DNA of 44,333 nucleotides, taken from contig NCCY01000001.1 in the NCBI GenBank assembly GCA_002279855.1, positions 1 through 44,333 on the forward strand. The letters are read 5' to 3'. Made by a program: the position numbers and the translations under genes. Source of the DNA: Rhizobiales bacterium 12-68-15 (lineage in GTDB: Bacteria > Pseudomonadota > Alphaproteobacteria > Rhizobiales > Xanthobacteraceae). The notes under the pieces are model-generated. The model saw nothing but the letters and a program-made list of their open reading frames with translations, made no database searches and was not told the DNA's origin. Each line of letters opens with the position of its first letter. Position 1 is the stretch's first letter. Shown piece after piece: positions 31,121 through 41,443 of the stretch.

Positions 31121-31137
31121 CATGAGATTTAGTAATG
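31121..31137. promoter_or_regulatory. LysR-type T-N11-A box in the divergent promoter
   Basis: CATGA-N7-TAATG immediately upstream of the LysR start, similar to the box at 32184. Confidence 0.5.
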
Positions 31138-31144
31138 TAGTTAC

Positions 31145-32038
31145 ATGAGCGCCCGTTTACCGCCCTTGAATCCGCTGCATGTATTTGTGTGTGCGGCGCG
31201 GCATTGCAGTTTCACCCGGGCGGCAGAGGAACTCAGCGTCAGCCAATCCGCCGTGAGCCGGCAGGTTGCTGTCTTGGAGCATTTTCTGGGGTTGCGCCTT
31301 TTTTTGCGCGAGCGCCCGGGTTTGAGGCTCACTCCGAACGGGGTGCAGTATCTGGCCGAGGTGGGACCTGCTTTCCAGGCCATCGTGGACGCCACCGACC
31401 GGCTCACCCAAACCTCCGAGCGCGAACCGCTGCGCCTCCAAGTTTACCAGACCTTCATGGCCAAGTGGCTGATGCGCCGCCTCCCAGAGTTCCAGGCGCT
31501 CCATCCCGAGGTGCAGATCCGAATCAATTCCAGCGTGGTTCCGGTGGACTTCACCCGCCACCGGGTGGATGCCGCCATCCAATTGGGCAACGGTGACTGG
31601 CCAGGTATGCAAGTAACGCTCCTGTTCGGAGATTCATTCGAGCCCGTGTGCAGCCCGAAGCTCCTGGAAACCGGGCCGCCCATCGAGAGACCGCTGGATC
31701 TCCTGCGGTATCCGGTCCTGCATTCCCATTATCGCCGCCGCGACTGGGATCATTGGTTCGCCTCCCTCGGCCTCGTCATGCCGAAGGAGGAGCAGCCGAC
31801 GATCTTCCCGAGTTCGCTGCTCACCTATCAGGCGGCCGTGGACGGGCTCGGCATTGCCATGGGCCAGCCAACCATGCTGAAGACGGAACTCGACAACCGC
31901 AGCCTTGTTTGCCCCTATCCCCACTCGGTCAAGCGAGACCTCGGCTATTATTTCGTGATCCCGGAGGCCATGGGCAACCGCCGTCGCCTGCGCAATTTCC
32001 GCAACTGGCTGGTCAAGGAGGCCGGCAAGGATCGCTGA
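31145..32038 (+). CDS. LysR-family transcriptional regulator (GcvA-like)
   Basis: Helix-turn-helix LPPLNPL...SFTRAAEELSVSQSAVSRQVAVLE, then KWLMRRLPEFQALHPEV. Confidence 0.93.
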   Translation: MSARLPPLNPLHVFVCAARHCSFTRAAEELSVSQSAVSRQVAVLEHFLGLRLFLRERPGLRLTPNGVQYLAEVGPAFQAIVDATDRLTQTSEREPLRLQVYQTFMAKWLMRRLPEFQALHPEVQIRINSSVVPVDFTRHRVDAAIQLGNGDWPGMQVTLLFGDSFEPVCSPKLLETGPPIERPLDLLRYPVLHSHYRRRDWDHWFASLGLVMPKEEQPTIFPSSLLTYQAAVDGLGIAMGQPTMLKTELDNRSLVCPYPHSVKRDLGYYFVIPEAMGNRRRLRNFRNWLVKEAGKDR

Positions 32039-32183
32039 TGTCCGCTCCAAAGAGGGCTGGCCGGCGCACTCGCGAAAAGTTTTGTTCAACCCGGAGACCT
32101 GCCTGAGCGGGCGATAGACGCAATTGCCCTCCGGTGATGGACCTCAGCCGCAGCTCTACCGATTTGGAAAGCTCTGCTGGAAA

Positions 32184-32200
32184 CATGATAAAAAGTCATG
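32184..32200. promoter_or_regulatory. LysR-type box CATGA-N7-TCATG
   Basis: Inverted repeat with T-N11-A spacing in an AT-rich patch upstream of the acyl-CoA dehydrogenase arm. Confidence 0.55.
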
Positions 32201-32529
32201 CTTCTATGATATCTTTGAAGTGTTAAGTCCTTTCACTGCGGGGCAACCTTCCCCGTGACGCAGCCCGGCGAGCCCCAGCAACACGCTGATCCGGAGCGGG
32301 TCGCAGGGAGGATTGAGCTAAGCCGCAACGGTGGAGTGCTTTCGCGCCGTTCCAGGCTTATCAGTGCACCGACTCCATTCCGCGCTGGCGACCCGGCATC
32401 CCCGCCGGAACGCCCCCGACAACGTTGGCGGCAACGGGAATGTTGCGTGATCGATCCGTCGTGCGTTGTTGGTGCGGCAAACCCTCCGCGGAAAGTTACT
32501 GGACAGATTGAGACATTGGATACACCTAG

Positions 32530-33699
32530 ATGAAATTCGCAATGACCGAAGAGCAGCAGTTGTTTGCCGATTCTGTGCGGCGGTTCGCGGAAAACAACCT
32601 GCGTGAGGGGGCTCTCAAGCGTGCCCATGACCCGCGCTTTCCCTTGGATGTGGCTCGGGAACTGGCTGGACTGGGCTTGCTCGGTATCACCATTCCGCAG
32701 GGGGACGGCGGCCAGGGGGGTACCCTCATGGACGCGGTCATCGCCATTGAGCAGATCGCAGCCGTATGCCCGCGCAGCGCCGACGTGGTGCAGGCTGGAA
32801 ATTTCGGCCCGATCCGCACCTTCGCAGAATATGCCAGCGCTGAGCAGAAGCGCCGCTTCATGCCCGATCTCTTGGAGGGGCGCAAGGTCATCAGCCTCGG
32901 CATGACGGAGCCAGACGCCGGCTCCGCCCTGACTGAGTTGCGCACCACGGCGCGCGAGGATGGCGACAGCTATATCGTCAACGGCACGAAGGTGTTCTCC
33001 ACTCACAGCCCCGATGCCGACCTGTTCCTCGTGTATGTGCGCTTCGGGCCCGGCGTGAAGGGCATTGGCTCGGTTCTCCTGGAGCGCGGCATGCCGGGCT
33101 TCTCCATTGGCCAGCCCTCGCCCTTCATGAGCGGGGAGGAGTGGTGTCAGCTCTATTTCGAGGACTGCCGCGTCCCCAAAGCCAATCTGCTGCTCGGCCC
33201 CGGTGGGTTCAAGAAGCAAATCTCTGGCTTCAATGTGGAGCGCCTCGGCAATTCCTCTCGTGCCCTCGCCCTTGGTCGCTACGCCTTCAACCTCGCCCGT
33301 GACCATGCGATGACGCGGCGCCAGTTCGGTCGCGCCCTGTGTGAATTCCAGGGGCTCCAGTGGAAGTTCGCTGACATGGCGTTGAAGCTCGAGAGTGCAC
33401 AACTTCTGCTTTATCGCGCCGCTACCAATGCAGGAGAGGATGGCCTTCCGGACCCATACGAGACCGCCATCGCCAAGGCAGCCTGCAATCTTGCCGGCTT
33501 CGATGTGGCGAACGAGGCGGTGCAGATCATGGGCGGAATCGGTTACAGCCAGGAGGCTCTGGCCGAATACTGCATGCGCCGCACCCGTGGCTGGATGATT
33601 GCCGGCGGCTCGGTCGAGATCCTGAAAAACCGTATCGCGGAGCATGTCTTCGACCGCCGCTTCGACCAGCGGGCGCAACAGGCGGTGGCTGCCGAATAG
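32530..33699 (+). CDS. Acyl-CoA dehydrogenase
   Basis: Contains GMTEPDAGS, NGTKVF, RRQFG...FQGLQWKFADM, QIMGGIGY and IAGGSVEI. Confidence 0.92.
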   Translation: MKFAMTEEQQLFADSVRRFAENNLREGALKRAHDPRFPLDVARELAGLGLLGITIPQGDGGQGGTLMDAVIAIEQIAAVCPRSADVVQAGNFGPIRTFAEYASAEQKRRFMPDLLEGRKVISLGMTEPDAGSALTELRTTAREDGDSYIVNGTKVFSTHSPDADLFLVYVRFGPGVKGIGSVLLERGMPGFSIGQPSPFMSGEEWCQLYFEDCRVPKANLLLGPGGFKKQISGFNVERLGNSSRALALGRYAFNLARDHAMTRRQFGRALCEFQGLQWKFADMALKLESAQLLLYRAATNAGEDGLPDPYETAIAKAACNLAGFDVANEAVQIMGGIGYSQEALAEYCMRRTRGWMIAGGSVEILKNRIAEHVFDRRFDQRAQQAVAAE

Positions 33700-33804
33700 C
33701 AAATGCCGCGCATTCACGCGCCTTTCAAACTCATGTATTCAGAATTCGATTCTAGCGTGCACTGAGATATACCCTGTACATAATAATAAACACTGGAGGA
33801 AAGA

Positions 33805-35025
33805 ATGCGTACGATGCATTGTGTTGTCGCCATATCAGCTCTGCTCATGGCATCACCACTTAGGGCGGCAGAGCAAGATACAAAGCCAATTCGCATCGCT
33901 GTGATGAACGATCAGAGCGGCATCTACTCTGAAGTCGGAGGGCTAGGCTCCGTTGTCGCGGCTCGTCTCGCTGTTGAGGAGTTCGGGGGAGAGATCAACG
34001 GCCGCAAGATCGAAGTGGTTGGCATCGACCATCAGAACAAGCCCGACATTGCCGCGGCAGCGGCCCGCAAGGGCATCGCGGTGGACGGGTTCAATGTCAT
34101 CGCCGATGGTGCCTCGTCCGCAGCGGGCCTTGCGATCAACGAAGTGACCAAAGCCAATGACACGATCTTCATAGCGGCCGGTGTTGCGTCGACCGAGCTC
34201 ACCGGAAAGGGTTGTGGCCTGACGACCTTCCAATTTACCTACGACACCTACGCGCTGGCAAACGGAACGGCAAACGCTGTCGTAAAACAGGGTGGTGATA
34301 CATGGTTCTTTATCACTGCTGACTACGTCTTCGGCCATGCCCTTCAGAAGGAGGCGACCAAGTTCATCGAAAAGGCTGGGGGCAAGGTGGTTGGCTCGGT
34401 CAAGCATCCGACGGGAACGCAAGACTTTTCCTCATTCCTTCTGCAGGCGCAAGCCTCTCGGGCAAAGATCATCGGCCTTGCAAATGCAGGCGCGGATACC
34501 GTCAATGCCGTGAAGCAGGGCCAGGAATTTGGCCTCCTTGATGGAGGGCAAAATTTTGCTGGCCTTCTTATCTTCCTGTCTGATGTGCATGCGATGGGTC
34601 TGAAAAATGCCAAGGGCCTCCTGCTGACGACGTCATTCTATTGGGACCTGACGGAGGAGACCCGCAAGTTCTCGTCGCGGTTTGGCGCACAGATGAACGG
34701 ACGGATGCCCACCATGATTCATGCGGGCGTCTATAGCGGCGTGAAGCACTATCTGAAGGCAGTGAAGGCGAGCGGATCCGTCGATCCACGCGTGGTGGCC
34801 CGGAAGATGCGGCAGACGCCAGTCAACGACGCATACAATGCCAATGTGGAAATTCGGCCCGATGGTCGCGTCTTGCATGACATGTATCTCATGCGGGTGA
34901 AGTCGCCGGCCGAATCCAAGGGGCCTTACGATTATTACAAGGTGGTCGACAAGATTTCCGGCTCGGATGCCTTCAGGCCGCTGTCCGAAAGCGAGTGCCC
35001 GCTGGTCCAGCATTCCCAGAATTGA
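33805..35025 (+). CDS. ABC transporter substrate-binding protein (LIV/PBP1 family)
   Basis: Signal peptide followed by DHQNKPD, WFFITADYVFG and DFSSFLLQAQAS. Confidence 0.92.
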   Translation: MRTMHCVVAISALLMASPLRAAEQDTKPIRIAVMNDQSGIYSEVGGLGSVVAARLAVEEFGGEINGRKIEVVGIDHQNKPDIAAAAARKGIAVDGFNVIADGASSAAGLAINEVTKANDTIFIAAGVASTELTGKGCGLTTFQFTYDTYALANGTANAVVKQGGDTWFFITADYVFGHALQKEATKFIEKAGGKVVGSVKHPTGTQDFSSFLLQAQASRAKIIGLANAGADTVNAVKQGQEFGLLDGGQNFAGLLIFLSDVHAMGLKNAKGLLLTTSFYWDLTEETRKFSSRFGAQMNGRMPTMIHAGVYSGVKHYLKAVKASGSVDPRVVARKMRQTPVNDAYNANVEIRPDGRVLHDMYLMRVKSPAESKGPYDYYKVVDKISGSDAFRPLSESECPLVQHSQN

Positions 35026-35431
35026 TGGACTATCTCCCGGTGCCGAGCTTGGGCTCTCTTGTTCTATCCATGGGAACGTACTCCCGATGGAACAAGAAAG
35101 ACGGTGCATCGGGATGCGGGAAGAAGACCGGGCAGCGCCATTCTTCGAACTTCGGAGTGCCAGAGCGCGACGGCGCGGGCGTCGTTGAATTTCTGGGTGT
35201 TTCCAGACAGGGCGTGGCTGAAGCGCTTTTGGATCGACGGGATGGCAGTTCGTTGCGTTTTGGCCCAAGCATTCTGCAGAACCCAGTACTGGTCGATGGT
35301 CGAGCTAATGTTCAACGATAATGTTGAATAAGGTGGCGTGTTCAAGAGGCGGCTTCGGGAAGACGTGGCCTGTGGATTTCGCCGCATTGATCGATCGCCA
35401 GGGTCCGAATATTTCCCAAGGAGTACGTGAC

Positions 35432-36322
35432 ATGAAGGCAATCGGGAGCCTCGGCTTCATCGGCCTCGGCGTCATGGGTGAGCCCATGTGCGCCAACCTC
35501 GTCCGCAAGAGCCCACTGCCCGTCACCGGCACTGATTTGAAGCGCGAACCGATTGAGCGTTTGACTGCCATCGGTCTCAAACCGGCCGACACCATCGCTG
35601 GCGTGGCGCGGGCGGCGGACGTGATTTTTCTCTCCCTGCCCAGCGGCGCGCAGGTGGAGGAGGTGTGTTTCGGCCTTGGCGGCATCGCCGCCGCCAAGGG
35701 CCGGGTGCACACCGTGGTGGACATGAGCACCAGCCCGGTGAAGCTTACCCGCGAGCTCGCCGAGCGCATGGCAGCCCATGGCATTACTTTCGTGGATGCT
35801 CCCGTCGCCCGTATGCGGCAGGCGGCGAAGGACGGCACGCTCTCCATCATGGTCGGCGGCACGCCGGAGGTATTCGGGGCGGTGCGCCCGTTCCTCGCCA
35901 CCATGGGCACGGACATCACCCATTGCGGCGGTATCGGCAGCGGGCAAGTGGTGAAGGTTCTCAACAATATGGTGGTCTTCATGACCGTCAACGCGCTGGC
36001 CGAGGCCCTCGCCATCGGCCGCGCCGCCGGGGTCGATGGCGCGCTGCTGTTCGACGTGATGTCCAAGGGCTCCGCCGACAGCTTCGCCCTGCGTACGCCG
36101 GGCCTCAAATCGCTGGTACCCGATACGTTCCCAGAGCAGACATTCCCGACCGACTACGCCATCAAGGACATAAAGCTGGCCCTCGAGCTGGCGAGCCAGG
36201 GAGGCATCGACGCACAGGCAGCGAAGCACACCCGGGAGATGTTGGAGGCGACCAGCAAGGCCGGGTACGGGCGTGCCTACTATCCCGCCATGATCCGTCT
36301 CATCGAAGCCACCAAGGTCTGA
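35432..36322 (+). CDS. NAD(P)-dependent beta-hydroxyacid dehydrogenase (3-hydroxyisobutyrate dehydrogenase family)
   Basis: Contains GFIGLGVMG, VDMST, FVDAPV and catalytic KVLNN. AAGGAG ribosome-binding site before ATG 35432. Confidence 0.9.
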   Translation: MKAIGSLGFIGLGVMGEPMCANLVRKSPLPVTGTDLKREPIERLTAIGLKPADTIAGVARAADVIFLSLPSGAQVEEVCFGLGGIAAAKGRVHTVVDMSTSPVKLTRELAERMAAHGITFVDAPVARMRQAAKDGTLSIMVGGTPEVFGAVRPFLATMGTDITHCGGIGSGQVVKVLNNMVVFMTVNALAEALAIGRAAGVDGALLFDVMSKGSADSFALRTPGLKSLVPDTFPEQTFPTDYAIKDIKLALELASQGGIDAQAAKHTREMLEATSKAGYGRAYYPAMIRLIEATKV

Positions 36323-36330
36323 ACCGCGCC

Positions 36331-37734
36331 ATGGTGGATGCTGCCCCCACGATACCTCCCACTGGCGAGACGCGCGCCCTTCTCTCCTTTGTCGCCGGCC
36401 TGTCGTGGCACGACCTCGACGACGAGGTGAGACACGCCGCGTGCCGGCACCTGCTCGATACCGTCGGCGTCATGGTGGCGGGCTGCGCCGGCGACGTGGC
36501 GGCACGGCTCGACGGCGTGCTGGCTGCGGTGAGGCCGGCTGGTGCTGTTCCCGTCCCCGGCCGAACGCGTCGGGTAGATGCGCTTGACGCCGCTCATCTG
36601 GGCGGCACGGGTGCCCATGGAATCGAGCTTGATGACGGCTATCGCCAGGGCTCCGTGCATCCTGGCGTTGCCGTGGTGCCTGCGTTGCTCGTCCATGCCC
36701 ATGGCCGGCAGGTATCCGGCGTGCGCCTGCTGGAAGCGCTGGTGGCTGGCTACGAGACGGTGACGGCGGTGGCTCGGACCTGCCATCCGGACCTCCGGCA
36801 GCGCGGCTTCCACCCGACCGGCTGTGTAGGGCCGCTGGGAGCCGCGATGGCTGTCGGCCGCCTCGCAGGCCTGGACGAGGCTGGTCTCGGCCACGCCCTC
36901 GGTCTCGCCGCCAGCGGCGCCGGCGGCCTGTTTGCCTTTCTCGGCGGGGGTGGGGACGTGAAGCGCCTGCACGCTGGCCACGCCGCCCGCGAGGGGCTGA
37001 TCGCGACGCTGCTCGCGGCCGGGGGCGTTGGCGGGCCACCGGATGTGCTCGAGGCAGCGGACGGCTTTTTCCAGGCCTTCGCCTTCGGTCGCGACGCGCG
37101 GGCGCGGCGGCTCACGCTTCCTCCCGCCGCGCCATTCGGTATCACCGACTGCTACATCAAGCCCTACGCCTGCTGCCGTCATATCCAGCCGGCCGTGGAG
37201 GCACTGATGGGCCTCGTCGCCGAGCACGGCTTGAATGCGGATATAGTGGAGGCCATTGAGGTCGAGACCTACGCCATCGCCGCCAAGCACGGCGATACCG
37301 GCTGGAGCGATTTCGCCAGCGCCCAGCTCTCCTTTCCCTTCATCATGGCGCTGGGCCTCGCCCGCGGTGCTATCACCTTGTCCGATTTCACGCCGCAGGT
37401 GCGGCAGAGTCCGGCGCTGGCCGCGATCGGCGCGAGGGTCTCCGTTCGGGTCGATCCGGATCTTGACAGGCTTTATCCCGACTTTCGTCCGGCCCGGGTG
37501 ACGGTGCGCACGCTGGGCGGCACCCTCGTGCGAGAGGCAAAAGAGGCGCTCGGCTCGCGCCTCGTGCCCTTCGATGATGCGGGGCTGCACGGCAAGTTCA
37601 GCAGCCTCGTCGCGCCCGTGCTCGGGACGGAGGCGGCGGAGCGCCTCCTTGTGGAACTGCTTGCCGTGGAGGAGAGCGCGGATGTCTCTTCTCTTTTGGA
37701 ACTGGCCGCGCTACCAGCGGACGCGGTTCAGTGA
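36331..37734 (+). CDS. MmgE/PrpD-family protein
   Basis: Contains LLDTVGV, HGIELDD...SVHPG, KRLHAGHAA, IKPYACCRH and AQLSFP. Confidence 0.88.
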   Translation: MVDAAPTIPPTGETRALLSFVAGLSWHDLDDEVRHAACRHLLDTVGVMVAGCAGDVAARLDGVLAAVRPAGAVPVPGRTRRVDALDAAHLGGTGAHGIELDDGYRQGSVHPGVAVVPALLVHAHGRQVSGVRLLEALVAGYETVTAVARTCHPDLRQRGFHPTGCVGPLGAAMAVGRLAGLDEAGLGHALGLAASGAGGLFAFLGGGGDVKRLHAGHAAREGLIATLLAAGGVGGPPDVLEAADGFFQAFAFGRDARARRLTLPPAAPFGITDCYIKPYACCRHIQPAVEALMGLVAEHGLNADIVEAIEVETYAIAAKHGDTGWSDFASAQLSFPFIMALGLARGAITLSDFTPQVRQSPALAAIGARVSVRVDPDLDRLYPDFRPARVTVRTLGGTLVREAKEALGSRLVPFDDAGLHGKFSSLVAPVLGTEAAERLLVELLAVEESADVSSLLELAALPADAVQ

Positions 37735-37917
37735 GCCCGTCTGCCCATGAGGTTCCGGCCCTGCGCCACGCCTTCCTCCACGGGCGCGAAGTGCACACCT
37801 GCTGCTCGTGGTCTGCACTCGGCGGGTACGTGCGCTCCGTCACCCCGCCTGTGCCGATATCGCCAACGTGCTTCTGCCGCCTGCGGCTTTCCTCGACTGT
37901 GACTAGGACGTCTCGCC

Positions 37918-39369
37918 ATGGCTTTCGCCTATCCCGAACTGCATCTCGTTGTCGCCGGCCGCCAAGTCAAAGGAGGCGGGCGGACGACCGAGCCGGTGCT
38001 GAACCCGGCCACGGGTGCGCGCCTCGCGGACTTGCCTCTCGCGACCGAAGCCGACCTGGACGAGGCGCTGGCCGCTGCCGACGTGGGCTTTTCCGTCTGG
38101 CGGCGGGTTTCCGCAGTGGATCGGGCCAAGGTACTGAAGTGCACCGCCGACCTCATGCGCGAACGGCGAGAGTACCTTGCCTTTCTCGTCACCAGCGAGT
38201 TGGGCAAGCCCCTCGCTCAAGCGCGTCTTGAGGTGGAACAGGCCGCCGGCATGTTCGAGTGGTATGCAGAAGAGGGCAAGCGCTCTTACGGGCGGATCAT
38301 CCCGTCGCGGGCGGAGGGCACGCGCCAGATGAGCGTGCGGGAGCCCGTCGGTCCCATTGCCGCCTTCTCCCCCTGGAACGCACCCGCCATCACTCCGTCG
38401 CGGAAGATCGGCGGGGCGCTGGCGGCGGGCTGTTCGGTCATCGTCAAACCCTCGGAGGAGACCCCCGCCACCGCGCTCGCCATCGCGGGCATGCTGGAGG
38501 AGGCGGGCCTGCCGGCGGGCGTGCTCAGCATGGTGTTCGGCCATCCCGCCATGATCTCCGGCAAGCTCCTGTCGTCGCCGGTGATTCGCGGCATCACATT
38601 CACCGGTTCCACCGCCATCGGCAAGCTGCTCGCCAGTCAGGCGGTGCAGAGCATGAAGCGCATGACCCTGGAGCTTGGCGGCCACGCACCAGTGATCGTG
38701 TTCGACGACGTGGACGCGGAGAAGGTCGGCGTAGCCGCCGCAACCGCCAAGTACCGCAATGCCGGACAGGTCTGTACCTCGCCCACCCGATTCTACGTGC
38801 AGGCCGGCATCTATGAGCGCTTCGCCCGCGCATTCGAGGAAACGGCGAAGGCCATCACGGTGGGCGATGGTTTCGATCCGGCAACGGGTATGGGGCCGCT
38901 CGCCAATGCGCGCCGCGTGGAAGCTATGGAGGAGTTCGTGGCGGATGCGCGCCACCGCGGAATCCGCCTTTCCGCCGGAGGTGAGCGTTGCTGCAATGCC
39001 GGCTTCTTCTACCGGCCGACCTTGCTCACCGATTTCAGCGACGACTGCATGGCCGCGAATGTGGAGCCCTTCGGCCCGCTCGCCATTGCCCGGCCGTTCG
39101 AGACCTTCGACGAAGCAATTTTGAGCGCCAACCGCCTGCCGTTCGGCCTTGCCGCCTATGCGATGACAAACGATGTGCGCCGCGCTCATGCGGTCGCTGA
39201 AGCGATAGAGGCCGGAAACGTGATCCTCAACCACTGGACGGTCTCCTTGCCCGAAACGCCATTCGGCGGTGTGAAGGAGAGCGGCTTCGGTAGCGAGGGC
39301 GGGCTGGAGGGGCTCCAGGCATTCCAGAACACAAAATTTATCAGCACCCTTGCGCTGCAAGGATTCTGA
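37918..39369 (+). CDS. NAD(P)-dependent aldehyde dehydrogenase (succinate-semialdehyde dehydrogenase-like)
   Basis: Contains PWNAP, FTGSTAIG, LELGGHAP, NAGQVC and PFGGVKESG. Confidence 0.92.
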   Translation: MAFAYPELHLVVAGRQVKGGGRTTEPVLNPATGARLADLPLATEADLDEALAAADVGFSVWRRVSAVDRAKVLKCTADLMRERREYLAFLVTSELGKPLAQARLEVEQAAGMFEWYAEEGKRSYGRIIPSRAEGTRQMSVREPVGPIAAFSPWNAPAITPSRKIGGALAAGCSVIVKPSEETPATALAIAGMLEEAGLPAGVLSMVFGHPAMISGKLLSSPVIRGITFTGSTAIGKLLASQAVQSMKRMTLELGGHAPVIVFDDVDAEKVGVAAATAKYRNAGQVCTSPTRFYVQAGIYERFARAFEETAKAITVGDGFDPATGMGPLANARRVEAMEEFVADARHRGIRLSAGGERCCNAGFFYRPTLLTDFSDDCMAANVEPFGPLAIARPFETFDEAILSANRLPFGLAAYAMTNDVRRAHAVAEAIEAGNVILNHWTVSLPETPFGGVKESGFGSEGGLEGLQAFQNTKFISTLALQGF

Positions 39370-39422
39370 TGTTCATCAGAATCCAGGCTTCCTGGCCACG
39401 CAGCTAAAAGAACGGAGGAAAC

Positions 39423-41198
39423 ATGAATAACCTCTACACGCCGTCATTGGACCAGGCACCAGAGCAGATCGTTCAGGCCTGGCTCACCGGACTGAACTCA
39501 GCGATGCGATCCGGCGATCTCGACGCGGTACGGATACTGTTCCGTCACGATGCTCATTGGCGTGACATCGTAGCGTTGCGATGGACCCTGGGCACGATCA
39601 GCGAGAAAGATGCGATCGCGCCTGCCTTGCTCGATGCTGCCCGCGAAAGTGGTGCCCGGGATTTCCGGATCGACGAGGAGCGTGCCGCCCCGACATTTGC
39701 CGAGCGGGCGGGTGACGCGGTGGTCGAAGCGATCTTGCGTTTCGAGACGGCTGTGGGGCACGGTGAGGGGGTGGTGCGCATCAAGCGCGCCGACGCGGTG
39801 GATTCCGTCCCCCGGGCCTGGACCCTGCTGACTGCGCTGCAGAGCATCGGTGGGCATGATGAGGAAACCGTTCGCCTGAGTCGGGAGGAACCGCCTTTCG
39901 AGCGGGATTGGCATGGTCCGAACTGGCTGGACAGACGAGAGGAGGAACGGCGGTTTGCCGACCGCGATCCCGTTGTCCTGATCGTTGGAGGAGGGCACTC
40001 CGGCCTGAGCGCAGCTGCCGCACTCAAGGCGCAGGGGATTGATGCGCTGGTGGTGGATCGCATGGCGCGCATAGGCGACAACTGGCGCAATCGCTACCAC
40101 TCGCTGAAGCTGCACAACAAGACGCCCAGCAATCATCTGGCATATCTGCCGTTTCCTTCGACCTGGCCGAACTACATCGCCAAAGACAAGATCGCCAATT
40201 GGCTGGAACTTTACGTCGAAGCGTTGGACATAAATTTTTGGACGCGCACCCAGTTCGAAGGCGCGACCTATGACGAGGCGGCCGCCCACTGGTCGGCTCG
40301 CTTGCGTCTGGATGACGGCTCGCAGAGGGTGATGCGCCCGCGCCACATCATCATGGCCACCAGCGTCAGCGGCACGCCCAACATTCCAAAAATTCCGACG
40401 CTAGAGAATTTCAGCGGGGCCGTCGTGCATTCCAGCGCCTTTAGGAATGGGGCTGAGTACAAAGACAGGAATGTCTTCGTCTTTGGCACTGGCACCAGCG
40501 CGCACGACATTACCCAGGATCTGCACGGCCATGGCGCCTATGTCACCATGGTGCAGCGCAGCCCGACGGAAGTCATCAATATTGAGCCGAGCGCTCAGCT
40601 GTATGACGGCATCTTTTACGGCAAGGGGCCTTCGATCATCGACCGGGATCTGGTCAGCGCCTCCATTCCGCTGGAAGTAATGAAGCAGTCACACCGGCTA
40701 TTGACGGTGAAGGCGCGCGAGTACGATGCGCCTCTGCACAAGAGATTGCAGGAGGCAGGCTTCCGACTGGACTTTGACGAGTTCGGTTGGCCGCTGAAAT
40801 TCCGGACCCGTGGTGGCGGTTATTACTTCAACGTGGGCGGCTCCGACCTCATCGCCAACAAGGAGGTTGGGCTGCTGCAGTACCACGACATCGAGGGGTT
40901 TGAAGCCTCCGGTGTGCGCATGCGGGATGGAGGGCTCGTACCAGGCGAGCTTGTGGTTCTGGCGACCGGCTACAAAGGGTTGGATCACGTCGTGCGCACG
41001 CTGTTCGGGGAGGATGTATCCAAGCGCGTCGGCAGCATCTGGGGATTCGACGAATCCCAGGAGCTCCGCAGCATGTGGATGCGGACTGGCCAGCCTGGCC
41101 TGTGGTTCACAGGCGGCGCATTCTCCCAGTGCCGCATCTATTCAAAGTATCTCGCTCTGCAGATCAAGGCTGCCGAGTTGGGGCTTCTCCCGGCCTAG
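39423..41198 (+). CDS. Flavin-containing monooxygenase with a long N-terminal extension (type II FMO-like)
   Basis: About 180 residues precede GGGHSG. Also has GDNWRNRY, the FxGxxxHxxxF motif (FSGAVVHSSAF), GTGTSAHD and ATGY. Confidence 0.87.
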   Translation: MNNLYTPSLDQAPEQIVQAWLTGLNSAMRSGDLDAVRILFRHDAHWRDIVALRWTLGTISEKDAIAPALLDAARESGARDFRIDEERAAPTFAERAGDAVVEAILRFETAVGHGEGVVRIKRADAVDSVPRAWTLLTALQSIGGHDEETVRLSREEPPFERDWHGPNWLDRREEERRFADRDPVVLIVGGGHSGLSAAAALKAQGIDALVVDRMARIGDNWRNRYHSLKLHNKTPSNHLAYLPFPSTWPNYIAKDKIANWLELYVEALDINFWTRTQFEGATYDEAAAHWSARLRLDDGSQRVMRPRHIIMATSVSGTPNIPKIPTLENFSGAVVHSSAFRNGAEYKDRNVFVFGTGTSAHDITQDLHGHGAYVTMVQRSPTEVINIEPSAQLYDGIFYGKGPSIIDRDLVSASIPLEVMKQSHRLLTVKAREYDAPLHKRLQEAGFRLDFDEFGWPLKFRTRGGGYYFNVGGSDLIANKEVGLLQYHDIEGFEASGVRMRDGGLVPGELVVLATGYKGLDHVVRTLFGEDVSKRVGSIWGFDESQELRSMWMRTGQPGLWFTGGAFSQCRIYSKYLALQIKAAELGLLPA

Positions 41199-41443
41199 GC
41201 CAAATCCGTCGTATCGGCGGCAGACATCGTTAGGTCCTCCGGGGTCAAGACTCAACGGCACGGAAGCTATTGGATTCGAGAGCATTTCCCGATGCCTGAA
41301 TCTTCGGAGAATGTCTTTCATCTCGGTTGGATGGTCTAGTGTTGAGTTTTGGCCCCGGTGGCCGCATCGCTCTGGGGTAAGTGGCGATGTCGCCGGCCAT
41401 ACGGCGTTTCACTCCGTATTCGAAGGTTGTGAAGGAAATCGTG

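Noticed and set aside
35059-35331. 90-aa ORF in the spacer after the binding protein
   Set aside because: No ribosome-binding site, no recognisable motif and atypical codon use.
35665-36330. Apparent 689-aa MmgE/PrpD protein with a long N-terminal extension
   Set aside because: The extension is an off-frame read of the upstream dehydrogenase; family similarity starts at ATG 36331. The same applies to the extensions on ORFs 177, 665, 11176, 12644, 15522 and 24740.
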